Shown here in pieces: positions 12,261 through 24,535 of a stretch of DNA of 64,000 bases. The stretch is from Naegleria gruberi. Its lineage: Eukaryota. The notes beneath the pieces were generated by a model. That model did not search any database. It was not told the origin of the DNA and saw nothing but the letters and a program-made list of their open reading frames with translations. Position numbers and translations under genes: made by a program. Position 1 is the stretch's first letter; each line of letters begins with the position of its first letter. The DNA lies in the NCBI GenBank assembly GCA_000004985.1, contig GG738845.1, one strand, 5' to 3'.

Positions 12261-14150
12261 ATGATTAGCAATACCTCGACTGGTTTTCAACTTGATACTA
12301 GTACATTTAGTTTTGATGAGGATGAGGGACCATCATTGTTCCAAAATTGTGGAACACTATTGCGGGATAGACAGTTGTATGATCCTATTGGTTTACCTTC
12401 ATTTAATGTTAGCGGAATGGAAGAAAATGCTTCTTGTTTTAGGACCTATGGTTCTTCTTCAAACTCTCCCAATGCAAAAAAGAGGCCATTTTCCATGAAC
12501 TTATCCACCCCTTCTACTATGCCTTTATTGCCTGCCTTTTTTTATAAGAATAATTCTTCAGTACTTACTCTGGATTGCTCAAAGTTGTCATTGGAAAGAA
12601 ATGACAAGTTGAATACCAAATATTTATTGGAATGGCTGAATACATTTCCATGTTTTAGATCACATATTGAGATTGACACTAATTCTCTTCTCTTAAACGA
12701 TTTTTCATTGTGGAAAATGTTATGTGAGATAGACGAGAATCATTATTCCTCTCTTGGAAATTATATTAACATGGATACTTGTGGTAAAAATACCAAGCTT
12801 TTATCTATTACATTTTTGTACAGATCAATTCAGTATTTGATTCTTTTCTTCCAAATGAAATATGAAATGAGAATCGATTTAATAGATATTATCAAAAACC
12901 CTCTTGCAATACTAGAGGATAGTCAATCTCAAACAGATTTGAAAGAGCAATTCTTTCTCTTTTTAAAATATTTACTAGCAACAATATTTACTTCTCAAAA
13001 CTCTCAAAATCTAGTTCAAAGATTACTAATATTAGAACCTTTATCACAAAATACTTTAGCCTCCATAGTCAAAGAAATTATGGATCAACACTCAAAATCA
13101 TCAGCGTGTGTTTTCCATTCTGAGGAGGATTTACACTTCTTATTTGAAATGACAATTCATTTTCTAAATATGGGTTCATCACTTCAACAAAAAATATCCT
13201 ATCTGGATAAGCATGTTATTGAGGAGCAAAGAAATGATTCAAGAAAACTCTATTTGGAAAATGGCACTTTGAAAACAAAAAACCAAGAGTTAGCTACACA
13301 AATAGATGACATGGTAGTAATACATTGTTCAGAAAGATGTCAATTGTATGAACAAATTAACAAGCTGGAAATTGAGTTATCAGAACTTAACACACACAAA
13401 AAGAAGATTGAAAAACAAGAATTATTAATAGAGGAAAATGTAAATTTAAGAGAAAAACTTCTAATACTTGAAAATGTTTCACAATCATTGAGAGATGAAA
13501 ATATTCATCTACAACAAACAATTCATAACCATTGCAACACGAATGTGCTTCAAAATATGAATGACACTTTAAATTGTGACGAAGTCTCAAATCGAGTTAA
13601 TGAATACGTTGCTGAACGAGAGTTATTACTAGAAGAAATTCAACACTTAAATTTGGAAATTGGTTTAAGAAATAGGAAAATTGATTCATTACTAAATGAA
13701 AACTCAATCTTAAGACAAGGAAAGCAACTAGAACAAGCATCTTTGGAAAAATCAATGAATCTGTACGAAGATTTGAAGAATAGCGTAAGAGTACAAACTT
13801 TATCAAAACATCCTACAGAAATCCAGAAATCGCCATCATTCTCAATCCAAACTCAAACTCCAAATACAGTGTCAAATGATGTGAGTTGTGAAACTGAAAG
13901 ACAACAAACAATCTCAACAAGTACTCAGACAGATCTGTTCCCAAACAAACAAGTCGAACAAGAAAAACCAAAACTCTCCCTAACCCCCTCAAAAACCAAC
14001 ATATCTCCAAAAATATTTAGTCCAAAACAATCACCCAAACTCCTCAAACTTGAAAAGACTTCGGCCAGCAAATCAAGAAATAAGAAAGAAGGAGCCTCCA
14101 CAGAGAAGAGTCCATATCGATTTTTCTTGCAAGGACACGATTTTAAGTAA
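12261..14150 (+). CDS. hypothetical coiled-coil protein (629 aa)
   Basis: Long ORF. The central region is strongly heptad-like (ELSELNTHKKKIEKQELLIEENVNLREKLLILENV...). The Ser/Thr/Pro-rich tail overlaps the start of the next ORF in another frame. Confidence 0.4.
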   Translation: MISNTSTGFQLDTSTFSFDEDEGPSLFQNCGTLLRDRQLYDPIGLPSFNVSGMEENASCFRTYGSSSNSPNAKKRPFSMNLSTPSTMPLLPAFFYKNNSSVLTLDCSKLSLERNDKLNTKYLLEWLNTFPCFRSHIEIDTNSLLLNDFSLWKMLCEIDENHYSSLGNYINMDTCGKNTKLLSITFLYRSIQYLILFFQMKYEMRIDLIDIIKNPLAILEDSQSQTDLKEQFFLFLKYLLATIFTSQNSQNLVQRLLILEPLSQNTLASIVKEIMDQHSKSSACVFHSEEDLHFLFEMTIHFLNMGSSLQQKISYLDKHVIEEQRNDSRKLYLENGTLKTKNQELATQIDDMVVIHCSERCQLYEQINKLEIELSELNTHKKKIEKQELLIEENVNLREKLLILENVSQSLRDENIHLQQTIHNHCNTNVLQNMNDTLNCDEVSNRVNEYVAERELLLEEIQHLNLEIGLRNRKIDSLLNENSILRQGKQLEQASLEKSMNLYEDLKNSVRVQTLSKHPTEIQKSPSFSIQTQTPNTVSNDVSCETERQQTISTSTQTDLFPNKQVEQEKPKLSLTPSKTNISPKIFSPKQSPKLLKLEKTSASKSRNKKEGASTEKSPYRFFLQGHDFK

Positions 14151-14157
14151 TAAAAAA

Positions 14158-15336
14158 ATGGGAAAATTGTTTGCAAAGAGGAAAAAAGAGGAAGTAATTT
14201 CATCGTCTTCTGAATCAACATCATCGGACAGTGATAGTAGTAAAATAGTATCAAAGGCATATCTAATCACAACCTCCGATGAGGAAGAGATATCAAAGTT
14301 GAAATCTTCTCCAAACCCAATCAACATTGAAATAGTTTTCGACTTGAGAAATTCAAAAAGGCTGATACGGTGTATTCAAGATATTGATGATCATAGGAAT
14401 TTGGGACAGGATCATTTTATTGAAATGCTAAAAGATAAATTAATTTTAATTATTTTGGGCCACGTGAAGGAACTAATGAGTAACGATTTTGATGAAGAAT
14501 TATTTGACAAGTTTTTTAGTTTTTTAAATAGACGGTTAATTTATAGATCCATGAATAGTGTATCTCAGTTTTATATTACCAAGAGTGACAAATCAACTGA
14601 TGATGTTGACCCAACCGATTTTCTATTTTTTGAGTGTTTGGAAGAGATTATAATAACCAAGAAATGGTCACGATATGGTTTGGAAGGTGTTATGAATGAA
14701 CCCATTCAATGTATTTTAATTAACAATAAGGGAGATCGTTCTTGTGAATTCGAATCAGCCTTCATAATAATTTATGCCAGGGAGCAACCACGTGGTGAAT
14801 TCAAATTCTTGATTTGTAAAGTTGAAAATGATGTTTGGAGTTTTCCTGGTGGTAAGAAAATGTTTCCTTCCGAATCTTTTGAAAACTGTATCACTAGAGA
14901 AGTGAGAGAAGAGCTGTACGGTTTTTCCATCAGCTCTATAGAATCTAGTATAGGACTGGGACCACTATTCTCTTTTGGGGGAAGCTCTGTTTTTGTGCAC
15001 GAAGTGGAATGGGGTAAAACTGGAGAAATTGTTAATAATTTAATTAAGAATTATCAGTCTCTTAAAAAGGAAAATCAATTATTTGATTTTGATACTGAAA
15101 AAACATCCAAATTTATCAAGGAGGATGAGGAATATTTGGATAATTTACTAGAAATCTCTAAAAAATTTAAGTTTGTAGAAGAAATTGTGGATTACCAGTT
15201 TATTTCAGCAGACGAAATAGAGAAAATGCAGGGTGGAAGATCTTTCTTTTTGAAACAACTACATAATTCATTTCAAAAAAATATTGTACGACGATCCATG
15301 CAAACAAGTAAAAGAAGTAAAAAATTTAAACAATAA
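14158..15336 (+). CDS. Nudix hydrolase domain protein with an acidic Ser/Asp-rich N-terminus
   Basis: The Nudix box E-x7-REVREEL-x-G sits within 'PGGKKMFPSESFENCITREVREELYGF'. I place the start at ATG 14158 (MGKLFAKRKK) rather than the ORF-track start 14050, which overlaps the upstream gene. Confidence 0.45.
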   Translation: MGKLFAKRKKEEVISSSSESTSSDSDSSKIVSKAYLITTSDEEEISKLKSSPNPINIEIVFDLRNSKRLIRCIQDIDDHRNLGQDHFIEMLKDKLILIILGHVKELMSNDFDEELFDKFFSFLNRRLIYRSMNSVSQFYITKSDKSTDDVDPTDFLFFECLEEIIITKKWSRYGLEGVMNEPIQCILINNKGDRSCEFESAFIIIYAREQPRGEFKFLICKVENDVWSFPGGKKMFPSESFENCITREVREELYGFSISSIESSIGLGPLFSFGGSSVFVHEVEWGKTGEIVNNLIKNYQSLKKENQLFDFDTEKTSKFIKEDEEYLDNLLEISKKFKFVEEIVDYQFISADEIEKMQGGRSFFLKQLHNSFQKNIVRRSMQTSKRSKKFKQ

Positions 15337-15373
15337 ATATTCTAATTTAATTTCTATTTTGGGAAATAATGTG

Positions 15374-18011
15374 TTATTGTTGAGCAGCAACAATTTCCTT
15401 CATAACCTCTTTCTTGTAATCATAGAAATCGCCTGGATATTTGGAAATTGATTTACCAGTACAAACCCAAATTTCGTCACAAACAGAAGTGATTAAGTAT
15501 TCGTCGTGACTGACCATCAAAATACCTCCATTGTATTCGTTGAGGGCAGCAATCAGTGCATCTACTGTATCAATATCCAAGTGATTGCTAGGTTCGTCCA
15601 AAAGAAGCAAGTGAGGCTTTCTGAATGTGATTTCTGCAAAAACAACTCTTGACTTTTGACCACCAGATAAAGTATAAATTGGTTGGAGTGCCAAATCACC
15701 TGTAATACCCAATTTTGCAAGTTGGGCTCTTAATCCAGGTTCTTTTTCATTGGTAAAGATGCTTGCCATGTGTTCAAGAGGAGTCATTTGTGCATTCAAG
15801 TGTTCCATATGGTGCTGACTGAACTTGGCAATTCTGATCTTTCTATTAATATTGACATGACCTTCAAGTGTTTTTAATTCTTCTGCCAAAATATTCAAAA
15901 ATGTTGATTTACCTGTTCCGTTCTAATGAATGTTAAAAATAAATCGTAAATATTAAAGTACATACTGGACCAACAAGAGCAATACGGGAATCCATGTCAA
16001 GATTGAAGTTCAACTTTTTGAAAAGGATCTTTTCTCTTGAATACCCAAAAGTGACGTCTACAGCTTGGAGATATGGTGGATTCTCAGCATCAGGTGAATC
16101 GAATGTAAAGCTAAATGTTGGATCTTCAACAACTGCAGGAGTAAAATCCATTTTTTCCAAAACCTTAATACGGGATTGAGCCATTTTGGCTGTAGCTGCC
16201 TTATATCTGAATCTGTCGATAAACTTTTGAATGTGTTCTCTTTGCTTCTTTTGAGCATCGTGTGTTTTTTGTTGTTGTACCAATTGTTCCTTTCTGGTCT
16301 TTTCAAAAGTATCAAAATCACCCTTGTAATAGTGAAGCTTTTGATCTTTAGCAAGAATAATATCTGTAACTACAGCATTCAAGAATCTCTTGGCGTGAGA
16401 AACAACTACCAATGTCTTGTCATACTTCTTCAAATATTCTTCCAACCAAATGACAGCAAACAAGTCAAGATGGCTAATAATTGAAGATGAATGTTAGCAT
16501 TATTAAATACTTGTAATGAAAACTTACTTTGTAGGTTCGTCCAAAAGTAAAATATCAGGTTCAACAAACAAAGCTCTTGCCAAAGCAACTCTCATTCTCC
16601 AACCTCCAGACAAGGACTTGGTCTTCATGTGCATCATTTCAGGAGTGAATTGCAAACCCGAGAGGATAGCAGCAGCTCTTGCTTCTGCGCTGTGAGCATC
16701 AATTTCATCCAATCTTTCATAAATTTCTGATAATTTTTGACCTGAATCCTCTGATCCATCTTCTAATAATCTCTTTTCTTCCTTCAATAAAGATAATCTT
16801 TCTACATCTGTATTGAGAACAGTATCAATGGCAGAAATGTCATCACCAACAATTTCTTGTTCAATATGTAAAATTTGCAAATATGGAGGAATGCCCTTAA
16901 AGTCTCTCTCTGCAATATGTCTCAACAACGTAGTTTTACCAATACCGTTTCTACCAATCATACCATAACGACGACCATTCAAAAGTGTTACATCAGTACC
17001 AACCAAAAGAGTCTTACTTCCCACAGAAACCGTAACATCAGAGACACGAATTTCTCTTGGACCCTTAAAGTCATGAGCCGTATGGACCTTGATAACACCT
17101 CTTTGATTTGTCAAACCTCTCTTCTTTAAGAACTCTTCATACTCTTTTTGTTTTTGTTTGATGATGGCTTCTTCTTTTTCCTTCTTCTTTTTTTCTTTAT
17201 CCTTGATTGCTTTTTGTTTCCAATCCAAGTCATCATTCCAATTAGATTCGGAAAGTTGTTGATGTACTGAAGCCATACCAGTTTGAGAAATCATAGATTC
17301 TTGCTCGGCAACATCCTTTTCGAAACGTTTACCCAAGCTGATAGCTTCTTCCAATAAAACAACATGTTCCTCTTCCTTGATATCAGTTCTCAAAATACCT
17401 CTTTCCTTTAATGTTTGAATCATTACATTTACCACTGCCTTGGCGTCTTCAAGGTTATTGGATGTTTTGGTTTTAACAAGATAAGAAGATATTACATCTA
17501 CAACATCTGTTTCTTTTCTTCTTGTTACAACATCATTTTGAGATGATAAAATACTGGAAAAGTAGTTCAAAATAGGAGTATTCAAGTGTTTAGATGATGT
17601 TTCCTTTCCAATAACATCATTAGTAATAATTTCAATAATATCGGAACATTCTTTGTTGGCTTGGAAGTAAATTTTAGATGAACCAGTTGGAATTTCTTTA
17701 AAAACTGCAGATATGTTGGAGGTTGTTGAAGTTGTTGATAGTGTTGGTGAAGAAATGTCTTTTTCTGGTTGTTTTGTATTGGAGGTTGTTGCTGGGGCTT
17801 GAGTTGCAGGCTTTTGTGCTGAAGGTTTGTTTTTGTTAGTGTTATTACTTGGCTTCTTTTTTTGTTGTGCTTCCTTCTCTTTTTTTTGTTGTTCAGCTAA
17901 AGCCTTTTTTTCTGCAAGTTGTCTTTCAAGTTCTTCTTGTTTTTTCTTCTTTTCTGCCTGCATCATTTCCTCGAGGCTTACACCACGAGCAGCAGCTTTC
18001 TTTGGAGGCAT
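15374..18011 (-). CDS. ABC transporter F-family (ABCF1/ABC50-like) soluble ATPase, 846 aa, 3 exons
   Basis: Exons are 16528-18011, 15966-16473 and 15374-15922. Intron 16474-16527 is GTAAGT...TAG on the minus strand and splicing restores 'LLLDEPTNHLD' (Walker B/D-loop). Intron 15923-15965 is GTATGT...TAG and restores the Walker A motif 'GPNGTGKST'. There are two ABC cassettes, a K/E-rich N-terminus, and total exon length is divisible by 3. Confidence 0.85.
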
Positions 18012-18126
18012 TTTTTTTAAAGAGGTTCAAATTCGAAATAAATATTCTTTTGTAATAATTATTAAATTAATTAATTGTGTTTTCATTATTTTACTAAAAT
18101 TATTATGTACATAAACTAGATTTAAA

Positions 18127-18396
18127 TTATTTTTGTCTAAAGTAAACTGGATCTAAACATTCCATCATTTCAATTGAATTTCCTCTAACAACAACTGTTC
18201 CTAGATGTGTTTTTTCGTTGGTGTTTGCCTCACCCTTCGAAAAACCTGTCAAGTCATAAGCATTCTCTAATGTAATATTCATAAATGGATCAAATCCGAT
18301 CATTGTCCCTTCAACATGTCTTTTTCCATTCATCTTGACAGATAATCTTTTATTCATGTAGACTTTAAGCTCTGGATATTGATTACTTTGTACCAT
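18127..18396 (-). CDS. Sm-like protein, small nuclear ribonucleoprotein G (SmG) family
   Basis: 'PELKVYMNKRLSVKMNGKRHVEGTMIGFDPFMNITLE...VVVRGNSI' aligns with SmG Sm1/Sm2 motifs (human '[35 protein letters not shown]...VVIRGNSI'). The start is taken at the second Met (18394-18396). Confidence 0.6.
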   Translation of the reverse strand: MVQSNQYPELKVYMNKRLSVKMNGKRHVEGTMIGFDPFMNITLENAYDLTGFSKGEANTNEKTHLGTVVVRGNSIEMMECLDPVYFRQK

Positions 18397-18573
18397 TTTT
18401 TTTAATACTTGTTCAAACAATTATTTATTTTATTGTCCTTTTGTATTGGAACTTAGCAAAATTATTATTTTAACAAAATTAATGTATGATGATTAATACA
18501 CTTGTTAAATATTTTAATTTCATCTCGTTTTAATTAAACCATGACGATGAAGTCCTTATTCGTATTGTCATAA

Positions 18574-20904
18574 TTGAGTTTTCATCAAAACAGGCCCAAA
18601 AAAATGAAGCGTTTCATTCAAACTTCTGCTTGTGCAAGCCACAAATTAAATGTGCAAGCACAATTGGTCTCTCTCCGATCATCTGGTGCTAAATTAATGT
18701 ACTCACAAAAGAGATCTGATGAAATTAAAGAAATTTTCGAAACTAAATTACCAAAGGACTGGAAGGAAACAGCATCTCGTGAATTGAAGGATCAAGCAGT
18801 TGAGAGTCTCATCAGAACCACTCCCGAAGGAATTAACATTTTACCAATTTATGTCTCTCCAGCAACAATTGATGGAAAGGAACCAACCGGTGCAGGTAAT
18901 AAACCATACACTCGTGGTCCTCATGCAACCATGTATACTTCCAAGCCATGGACCATCAGACAATATGCTGGATTTTCCACTGCTAAAGAATCCAATGAAT
19001 TTTACAAACAAAATTTGGCTCAAGGACAAATGGGTCTTTCTGTTGCATTCGATTTGGCTACCCACAGAGGTTATGATTCTGATCATGACAGAGTTGTTGG
19101 TGATGTTGGTATGGCAGGTGTCGCAATTGACTCAGTTGAAGATATGAAGATTTTATTTGCAGGCATTCCATTGGATAAAATGTCAGTCAGTATGACAATG
19201 AACGGAGCTGTACTTCCAATTATGGCCATGTATATTGTTGCTGCCCAAGAACAAGGTATCACTGATTTGAATTTGCTTAGTGGTACAATTCAAAATGATA
19301 TTTTGAAAGAATTCATGGTCAGAAACACTTACATTTATCCTCCAGAACCAAGTATGAAAATTATTGGAGATATTATGCAATTTACTTCTCAAAATATGAA
19401 GAAGTTCAACTCTATCAGTATCAGTGGTTACCACATGCAAGAAGCTGGTGCTGATACTGCATTAGAATTGGCTTACACTTTAGCTGATGGTCTTGAATAT
19501 GTTAGATGTGGTACCGAATTGGGTGGATGTAAGGTTGATGAGGTTGCTCCTCGTTTTTCATTCTTCTTCGGTATTGGTATGAATTTCTATCTTGAAATTG
19601 CCAAGTTGAGAGCTGCTCGTAAATTGTGGGCTGAACTAGTTGAAGAAAAGTTCAAGCCAAAGAGTTCTAAATCACTCTTGTTGCGTACTCACTGTCAAAC
19701 AAGTGGTTATTCTTTGACTGAACAACAACCATACAATAACATTATTAGAACAACTATTGAAGCAATGGCAGCTGTCATGGGTGGTACTCAATCATTGCAC
19801 ACCAATTCATTTGATGAAGCTGTTGGTTTGCCAACCAAGTTTAGTGCTCAACTTGCTCGTAATACTCAATTAATTATTGCTAATGAGACTGGCATTACTA
19901 ATGTTGTTGATCCATGGGGAGGTAGTTACATGATGGAAGAATTGACCAATCAACTTTATACTAAAGCTAAGGAACTCATCAAGGAAGTTGAAGAATGTGG
20001 AGGTATGACTAAAGCTATTGTTACTGGTTTACCAAAGAGAAGAATCGAAGAATGTGCAACAAAGAAACAAGCTAGAATTGATTCTAAACAAGAAATTATT
20101 GTTGGTGTTAACAAATTTGCAACAAAGAATGAAGAAGCAAACTATGAAGTTCTCAAGATTGATAACACAAAGGTTAGAAAGGAACAAATTGACAGACTTA
20201 ACCAGATTAAATCTGAAAGAGATTCCAATCTTGTTTCAAACTTGTTGGCTCGTCTTGAAGATGCTGCCAAGACTGGTAAGGAAAATCTTTTGGCTGTTGC
20301 TGTTGAATGTGCCAAGGCACGTGCAACTGTTGGTGAAATTTCATCTGCACTTGAAAATGTTTGGGGCAGATATGAAGCTAAACCAGAAATTGTTAGTGGT
20401 GCTTATACTAGTACTTGGAAACAAGCTTCCCTTGAAAAATTAGATACTGAACGTGTTGAAATGAAGGTTAAGGAATTTGCTACCAAGAATGGTAGAAATC
20501 CAAGAATTCTTGTTGCCAAGATGGGTCAAGATGGTCATGATAGAGGTGCTAAGGTTATCAGTTCTGGTTTTGCTGATTTAGGATTTGATGTTGATGTTGG
20601 TCCATTGTTCCAAACTCCAAAGGAAGTTGTACGTGAAGCTATTGATAACGATGTTCACATTATTGGTGTTAGCTCTCAAGCCGCAGGACACAGAACCCTT
20701 GTTCCTGCTTTGGTTAGTGAATTGGAACAAGCTGGATTGAAAGGATCTGATAGACCAGTAATTGTTGTTGGTGGCGTCATTCCTCGTGAAGATTATCAAG
20801 AATTGTACGATGCAGGTGTTGATTTGATCTTTGGTCCTGGTACTAAAGTTACTGATGCTGCTGAATCATGTGTTGATTTGTTGATGAAAAAATCCAATCA
20901 TTAG
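18574..20904 (+). CDS. mut: methylmalonyl-CoA mutase (adenosylcobalamin-dependent), mitochondrial type, 776 aa
   Basis: Full-length match to the MCM family: a substrate-binding TIM barrel (e.g. '[28 protein letters not shown]') and a C-terminal B12-binding domain ('[19 protein letters not shown]'). A better start may be Met at 18604. Confidence 0.9.
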   Translation: MSFHQNRPKKMKRFIQTSACASHKLNVQAQLVSLRSSGAKLMYSQKRSDEIKEIFETKLPKDWKETASRELKDQAVESLIRTTPEGINILPIYVSPATIDGKEPTGAGNKPYTRGPHATMYTSKPWTIRQYAGFSTAKESNEFYKQNLAQGQMGLSVAFDLATHRGYDSDHDRVVGDVGMAGVAIDSVEDMKILFAGIPLDKMSVSMTMNGAVLPIMAMYIVAAQEQGITDLNLLSGTIQNDILKEFMVRNTYIYPPEPSMKIIGDIMQFTSQNMKKFNSISISGYHMQEAGADTALELAYTLADGLEYVRCGTELGGCKVDEVAPRFSFFFGIGMNFYLEIAKLRAARKLWAELVEEKFKPKSSKSLLLRTHCQTSGYSLTEQQPYNNIIRTTIEAMAAVMGGTQSLHTNSFDEAVGLPTKFSAQLARNTQLIIANETGITNVVDPWGGSYMMEELTNQLYTKAKELIKEVEECGGMTKAIVTGLPKRRIEECATKKQARIDSKQEIIVGVNKFATKNEEANYEVLKIDNTKVRKEQIDRLNQIKSERDSNLVSNLLARLEDAAKTGKENLLAVAVECAKARATVGEISSALENVWGRYEAKPEIVSGAYTSTWKQASLEKLDTERVEMKVKEFATKNGRNPRILVAKMGQDGHDRGAKVISSGFADLGFDVDVGPLFQTPKEVVREAIDNDVHIIGVSSQAAGHRTLVPALVSELEQAGLKGSDRPVIVVGGVIPREDYQELYDAGVDLIFGPGTKVTDAAESCVDLLMKKSNH

Positions 20905-21121
20905 TTTGGGTGTCTTAATAAACTCAAAAAAATTAAAAACACCATTTTAGGGTTAGTGAAACAATTCCTTCATAATAATACAATAAAAGGGTTTGATTTT
21001 TAACTCTATCACAAAGGTAATTGCTGATAAGGGACAACAATTTTCACTCTCTTATGCACTGTAAAATTGTTGCGTAAGTCAAATATCAAGCCAAAATAGA
21101 ATGATATTTTTAAAATAAAAA

Positions 21122-21626
21122 ATGAGTAATATTACTTTGGAAGAATCTGTGAGGAATGGGTTGGTTGAATACTGCAAGGAGAGAGAAATGATTGGAGCAA
21201 CTATTTTCGATGAAAATGGAAATATTATTTTGAATCAAGGTTTTGAACAAACCATTCCTGCTGAACAGTTAAAGTATGATCTTTTTTTTACGATCAATAG
21301 AATATTAATTTATTTATTACAATTTTATCAGGGCTTTTACTACTATTTTCAATTCGGAAGAGGATGCATTCTCTAGTGGTATTCTTCTTTTCGACACATT
21401 GTATGATGTACATAGATTTTATGCCAATGAATCACCATCTATGGTTTACGGCAGAAAGGACGGAGACAAATCAGATTCAAGAGCTGTTGGTGTTTTGCGT
21501 GTATCGGCCTCTGATTCTGTTGTTGGCCAACCACTTTTTATTGTCACCAATTTTAAATTGCCATGTCTTACCACAAGAGCCATCACCCATGCAAGAGATT
21601 TTGCAAGACAACATTGTAAGTTTTAA
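21122..21626 (+). CDS. small 2-exon gene (about 148 aa), weakly profilin-like
   Basis: Exons are 21122-21273 and 21332-21626. The 58-nt intron 21274-21331 is GTATGA...CAG, phase 2, and regenerates a Lys codon. The pattern 'GATIFDENGNIIL...GILLFDTLYDV...SMVYGRKDGDK' loosely resembles profilin; that assignment is tentative. The second exon appears in the ORF track only as a TTG-initiated ORF (21399-21626). Confidence 0.3.
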
Positions 21627-21696
21627 ATCACAAAATTAATTTATAACATTATTAAGTGATGCAACCAAAACAATAAATTTAAATTATTATAATAAT

Positions 21697-21942
21697 TTAT
21701 TGGGTAATTTGTTTTTTAAATTGATCATATTGGATACGATTGATAACGCCTTTTTGCAGATAGTCATCTAATTGTTTAATCATTTGTTCAGTTGTACCTT
21801 TGAGCTCGATTGCTTGTTGTTTGGTGCTAGTTGAGGAGGTAGTTTTCTGGGAAGAACTCTTTCCATTGGTATCAATCCCAAACATTTCTCCCAATCCAGC
21901 ATCAACCTCTCTTGTCTTGTAAGCGTCAGAGTTGTAGCTCAT
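21697..21942 (-). CDS. hypothetical small protein (81 aa) with a Ser/Thr-rich middle and a C-terminal helix
   Basis: ORF only. It ends with a SHOCT-like 'LDDYLQKGVINRIQYDQFKKQI' motif. Confidence 0.25.
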   Translation of the reverse strand: MSYNSDAYKTREVDAGLGEMFGIDTNGKSSSQKTTSSTSTKQQAIELKGTTEQMIKQLDDYLQKGVINRIQYDQFKKQITQ

Positions 21943-22086
21943 TGTTTAATTTTTTTAATTTAATTTGATGAGTTCTTACTATCACAATTCAACACTGATT
22001 GTACATCACAGTTGTCAAGAAAGATATTTGATCTTACTGATATTATTGTTTTACAATTCTGTACTATCGATTCTCTATCTAAAAAA

Positions 22087-24103
22087 ATGCCAGAACTGGA
22101 GGTTCTTAAGGAATCTGCAAAATCTGAATTGTGTGCCGTTTTAGACTCTGTAAGTACTCATTTTAGGTGAATATTAACTATCAAAGGTTCCCGGAGACAA
22201 AGTTCTTGTTGTGGATGATCAAATAATTGGTCCCCTTGGCCTAGTTGCTCCTTCTGCTCTTCTCAAGGAACACAATGTTAGGAAAATTTTCAAACTTTCC
22301 TTAGAAAAGACTTTTGAAACAAATTACAAGAATGTGATATACATTGTTAGACCAAGAATGGCCTTAATGAAATGTATTGCCACACAAATTAAATACTGGA
22401 CGCAGCAAAAGGAAACAATTGAAAAGGAAGGGAAAACAAAAAAGATAAAAACCGTCATTGATGAAAAGGTTATTGAAGAAGACTACTACCCTCCAGAAAA
22501 TTTCTCCATATTTATGGTCCCAAGAACAAATCTTATTTGTGAGAAAATACTTAAGGATTGTGGTGTGTATGCAGATGTAAAAATTGGAGAATTTGTTTTG
22601 GATCTAATAGTATTTGATCCTCATATTCTTTCAATGGAATTATCTTCATCATTTAAAGAATGCGAATTAGATGGTGATTTTTCCTCTCTTTACAATGTTG
22701 CTAGATCTATTATGAAGCTACAATCTTTTTATGGTTTAATACCAAATGTAAAATACATTGGATCTAACGCCAGTCATGTTTGCGACATGATAATGAGAAT
22801 GAAAAAGCAGGTTGGTTCTCAGGTGTTCAGTGCTGTTCCTGAAATCAATACTTTAATCTTGCTTGATCGTAATGTTGATCTTGTTTCACCACTTCTTACT
22901 CAACTCACTTATGAAGGATTGATAGATGAAATACTTGGGGGAATTACTAATACTCTCTTCACCACTGACTGTTGTCCAGACAGTAAAATGAGTAAGAAGA
23001 AAGTTCCTCTTAACTCTTCAGACACTGTGTTTGAACGTGTTAGACATTTAAATCAGCAAAGAGTTGCTGCAAAGCTGCAGGAAAAGGCTCGTGAAGTAGA
23101 TGAAAAAGTCAAGGAGAGGGATGAATTGAAACAATCTATTGAAAAAATCAAAACTTTTACAAAATTGTTACCTCAAATACAAGAAGACAAGAGAAATCTA
23201 GAAATGCGTAAGTTTTTATTATATTTATTTAACAAGCCTGTCAAATTAGATATCAATATTATGCAACAAATCAAATCAATTATTGGTAAAATGCCTTTTA
23301 GAAAATCGATTCAAACCCAAAATGCAATTTTAACGGGAGAAGATGAAAAATCCACTCTGGAATATATAGAGGAAAATATTGACAGACAACAGCCATTTGT
23401 ACAATTATTGAGAATGTTATGTTTATATTCCGTAATTAATGGAGGATTTAAACCAAAAGTCATGGAAAAATTGAGAAGAGACATTTCTCAGAGTTATGGT
23501 ATTCAAGCGTTACTTACATTAAATAATTTGGAAAAAGTTGGGCTATTGAGAAAACAAGAAGGAAAACCATCGTCATGGAATTACCTAAAGAAGAATCTTA
23601 ATCTTTATGATGACAATGTTATGGACAGAAATGATGAGGAGGCACACTTCGATCCACACGCTGTGTATAATGGTTACTGTCCGATTTCTGTAACTCTTGT
23701 TGAGAATGCAATGAATGAGGATAAAGGATGGAAAAAAATAGAGCCAGTTTTGAATTATATTTCCACAAAGAGAGGAGAAGAAACTCAAAAAGGATCTCAA
23801 GAAACACAATTAGGAAAGAAAGTTATTCTTGTTTTCTTTATTGGAGGTGTGACTTTTGCAGAAATAAGTGCAATAACTTATCTAAATGAAAAAAGTAGTG
23901 ATTGTGAATATATTGTAGCGACAACTAAGCTCATTAATGGTTGCACTTTCATTGACTCTTTTATTGAGGATGTTGGAGAAGATGATAAATCATTCAAAAA
24001 GAGAGCAATGGAATCCAATTCTGAAGGAATTTTTTCTGACTCTAAATCCTCTATGGTTGATGCAAATGCAGTTGTAATACCCGCTACACCTGAGAATAAA
24101 TAA
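22087..24103 (+). CDS. vps33: Sec1/Munc18-family protein, Vps33 (HOPS/CORVET subunit), 2 exons
   Basis: Exon 1 is 22087-22149 (MPELEVLKESAKSELCAVLDS). The 37-nt intron 22150-22186 is GTAAGT...AAAG. Exon 2 is 22187-24103. The product aligns along its whole length with VPS33A ('IYIVRPR...LMK', 'LLDRNVDLVSPLLTQLTYEGLIDEI', 'FFIGGVTFAEISAI', 'YIVATTKLINGCTFIDS'). Confidence 0.8.
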
Positions 24104-24535
24104 AAGTAAATTTAATTTTTAAAGAATTAACAGTAATAAAAATTTAAAAAAATAAGAGGTTATGATGTTTGATTCATTGTTCTCTGTTGCTATTTTGGTT
24201 CCTCTTTCTACTCTCTGTGTTCGGCTTTTTATTGACTCCATGATGTTTCACACATCTATCACTTCCCGAATGCAGAAAATTCAAAATTTATTTAATATTA
24301 TTAACGAATTAAACTTTCGAAAAAGAGCTTTAACATTCAATAACCAAACTATATGTAGGTTGACAATGATAATTAATTTATTTTCTAACTCAAATAGATA
24401 TGATCGATGAAGAAAAAAGAACTGCCATACAATTGTGTAACAATATCCTTAGTTTTTTACAAAAAAAGAAATCCAATCTCAAATATTTACAAATCAAATT
24501 TGATGAGAAACCAACGTTAAACCTCTATTTCTAAA

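Noticed and set aside
14050-14157. ORF-track start of the Nudix gene at 14050, overlapping the end of the 12261-14150 gene
   Set aside because: A 100-nt overlap in different frames is unlikely. The in-frame ATG at 14158 preceded by an A-run (taataaaaaaATG) is the conventional start.
13387-14327. Cluster of minus-strand ORFs (13387-13590, 13597-13806, 13813-14010, 13925-14260, 14073-14327) opposite the 629-aa and Nudix genes
   Set aside because: Hydrophobic, Leu/Phe-rich antisense shadows of coding DNA. They overlap better-supported genes on the other strand.
21399-21626. ORF-track entries beginning with 'M' at TTG codons (e.g. 21399, 27126, 4907, 63293)
   Set aside because: The ORF track evidently allows alternative starts. 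In each case the 'Met' is a TTG/Leu inside a longer exon or intron region and was not used as a translation start.
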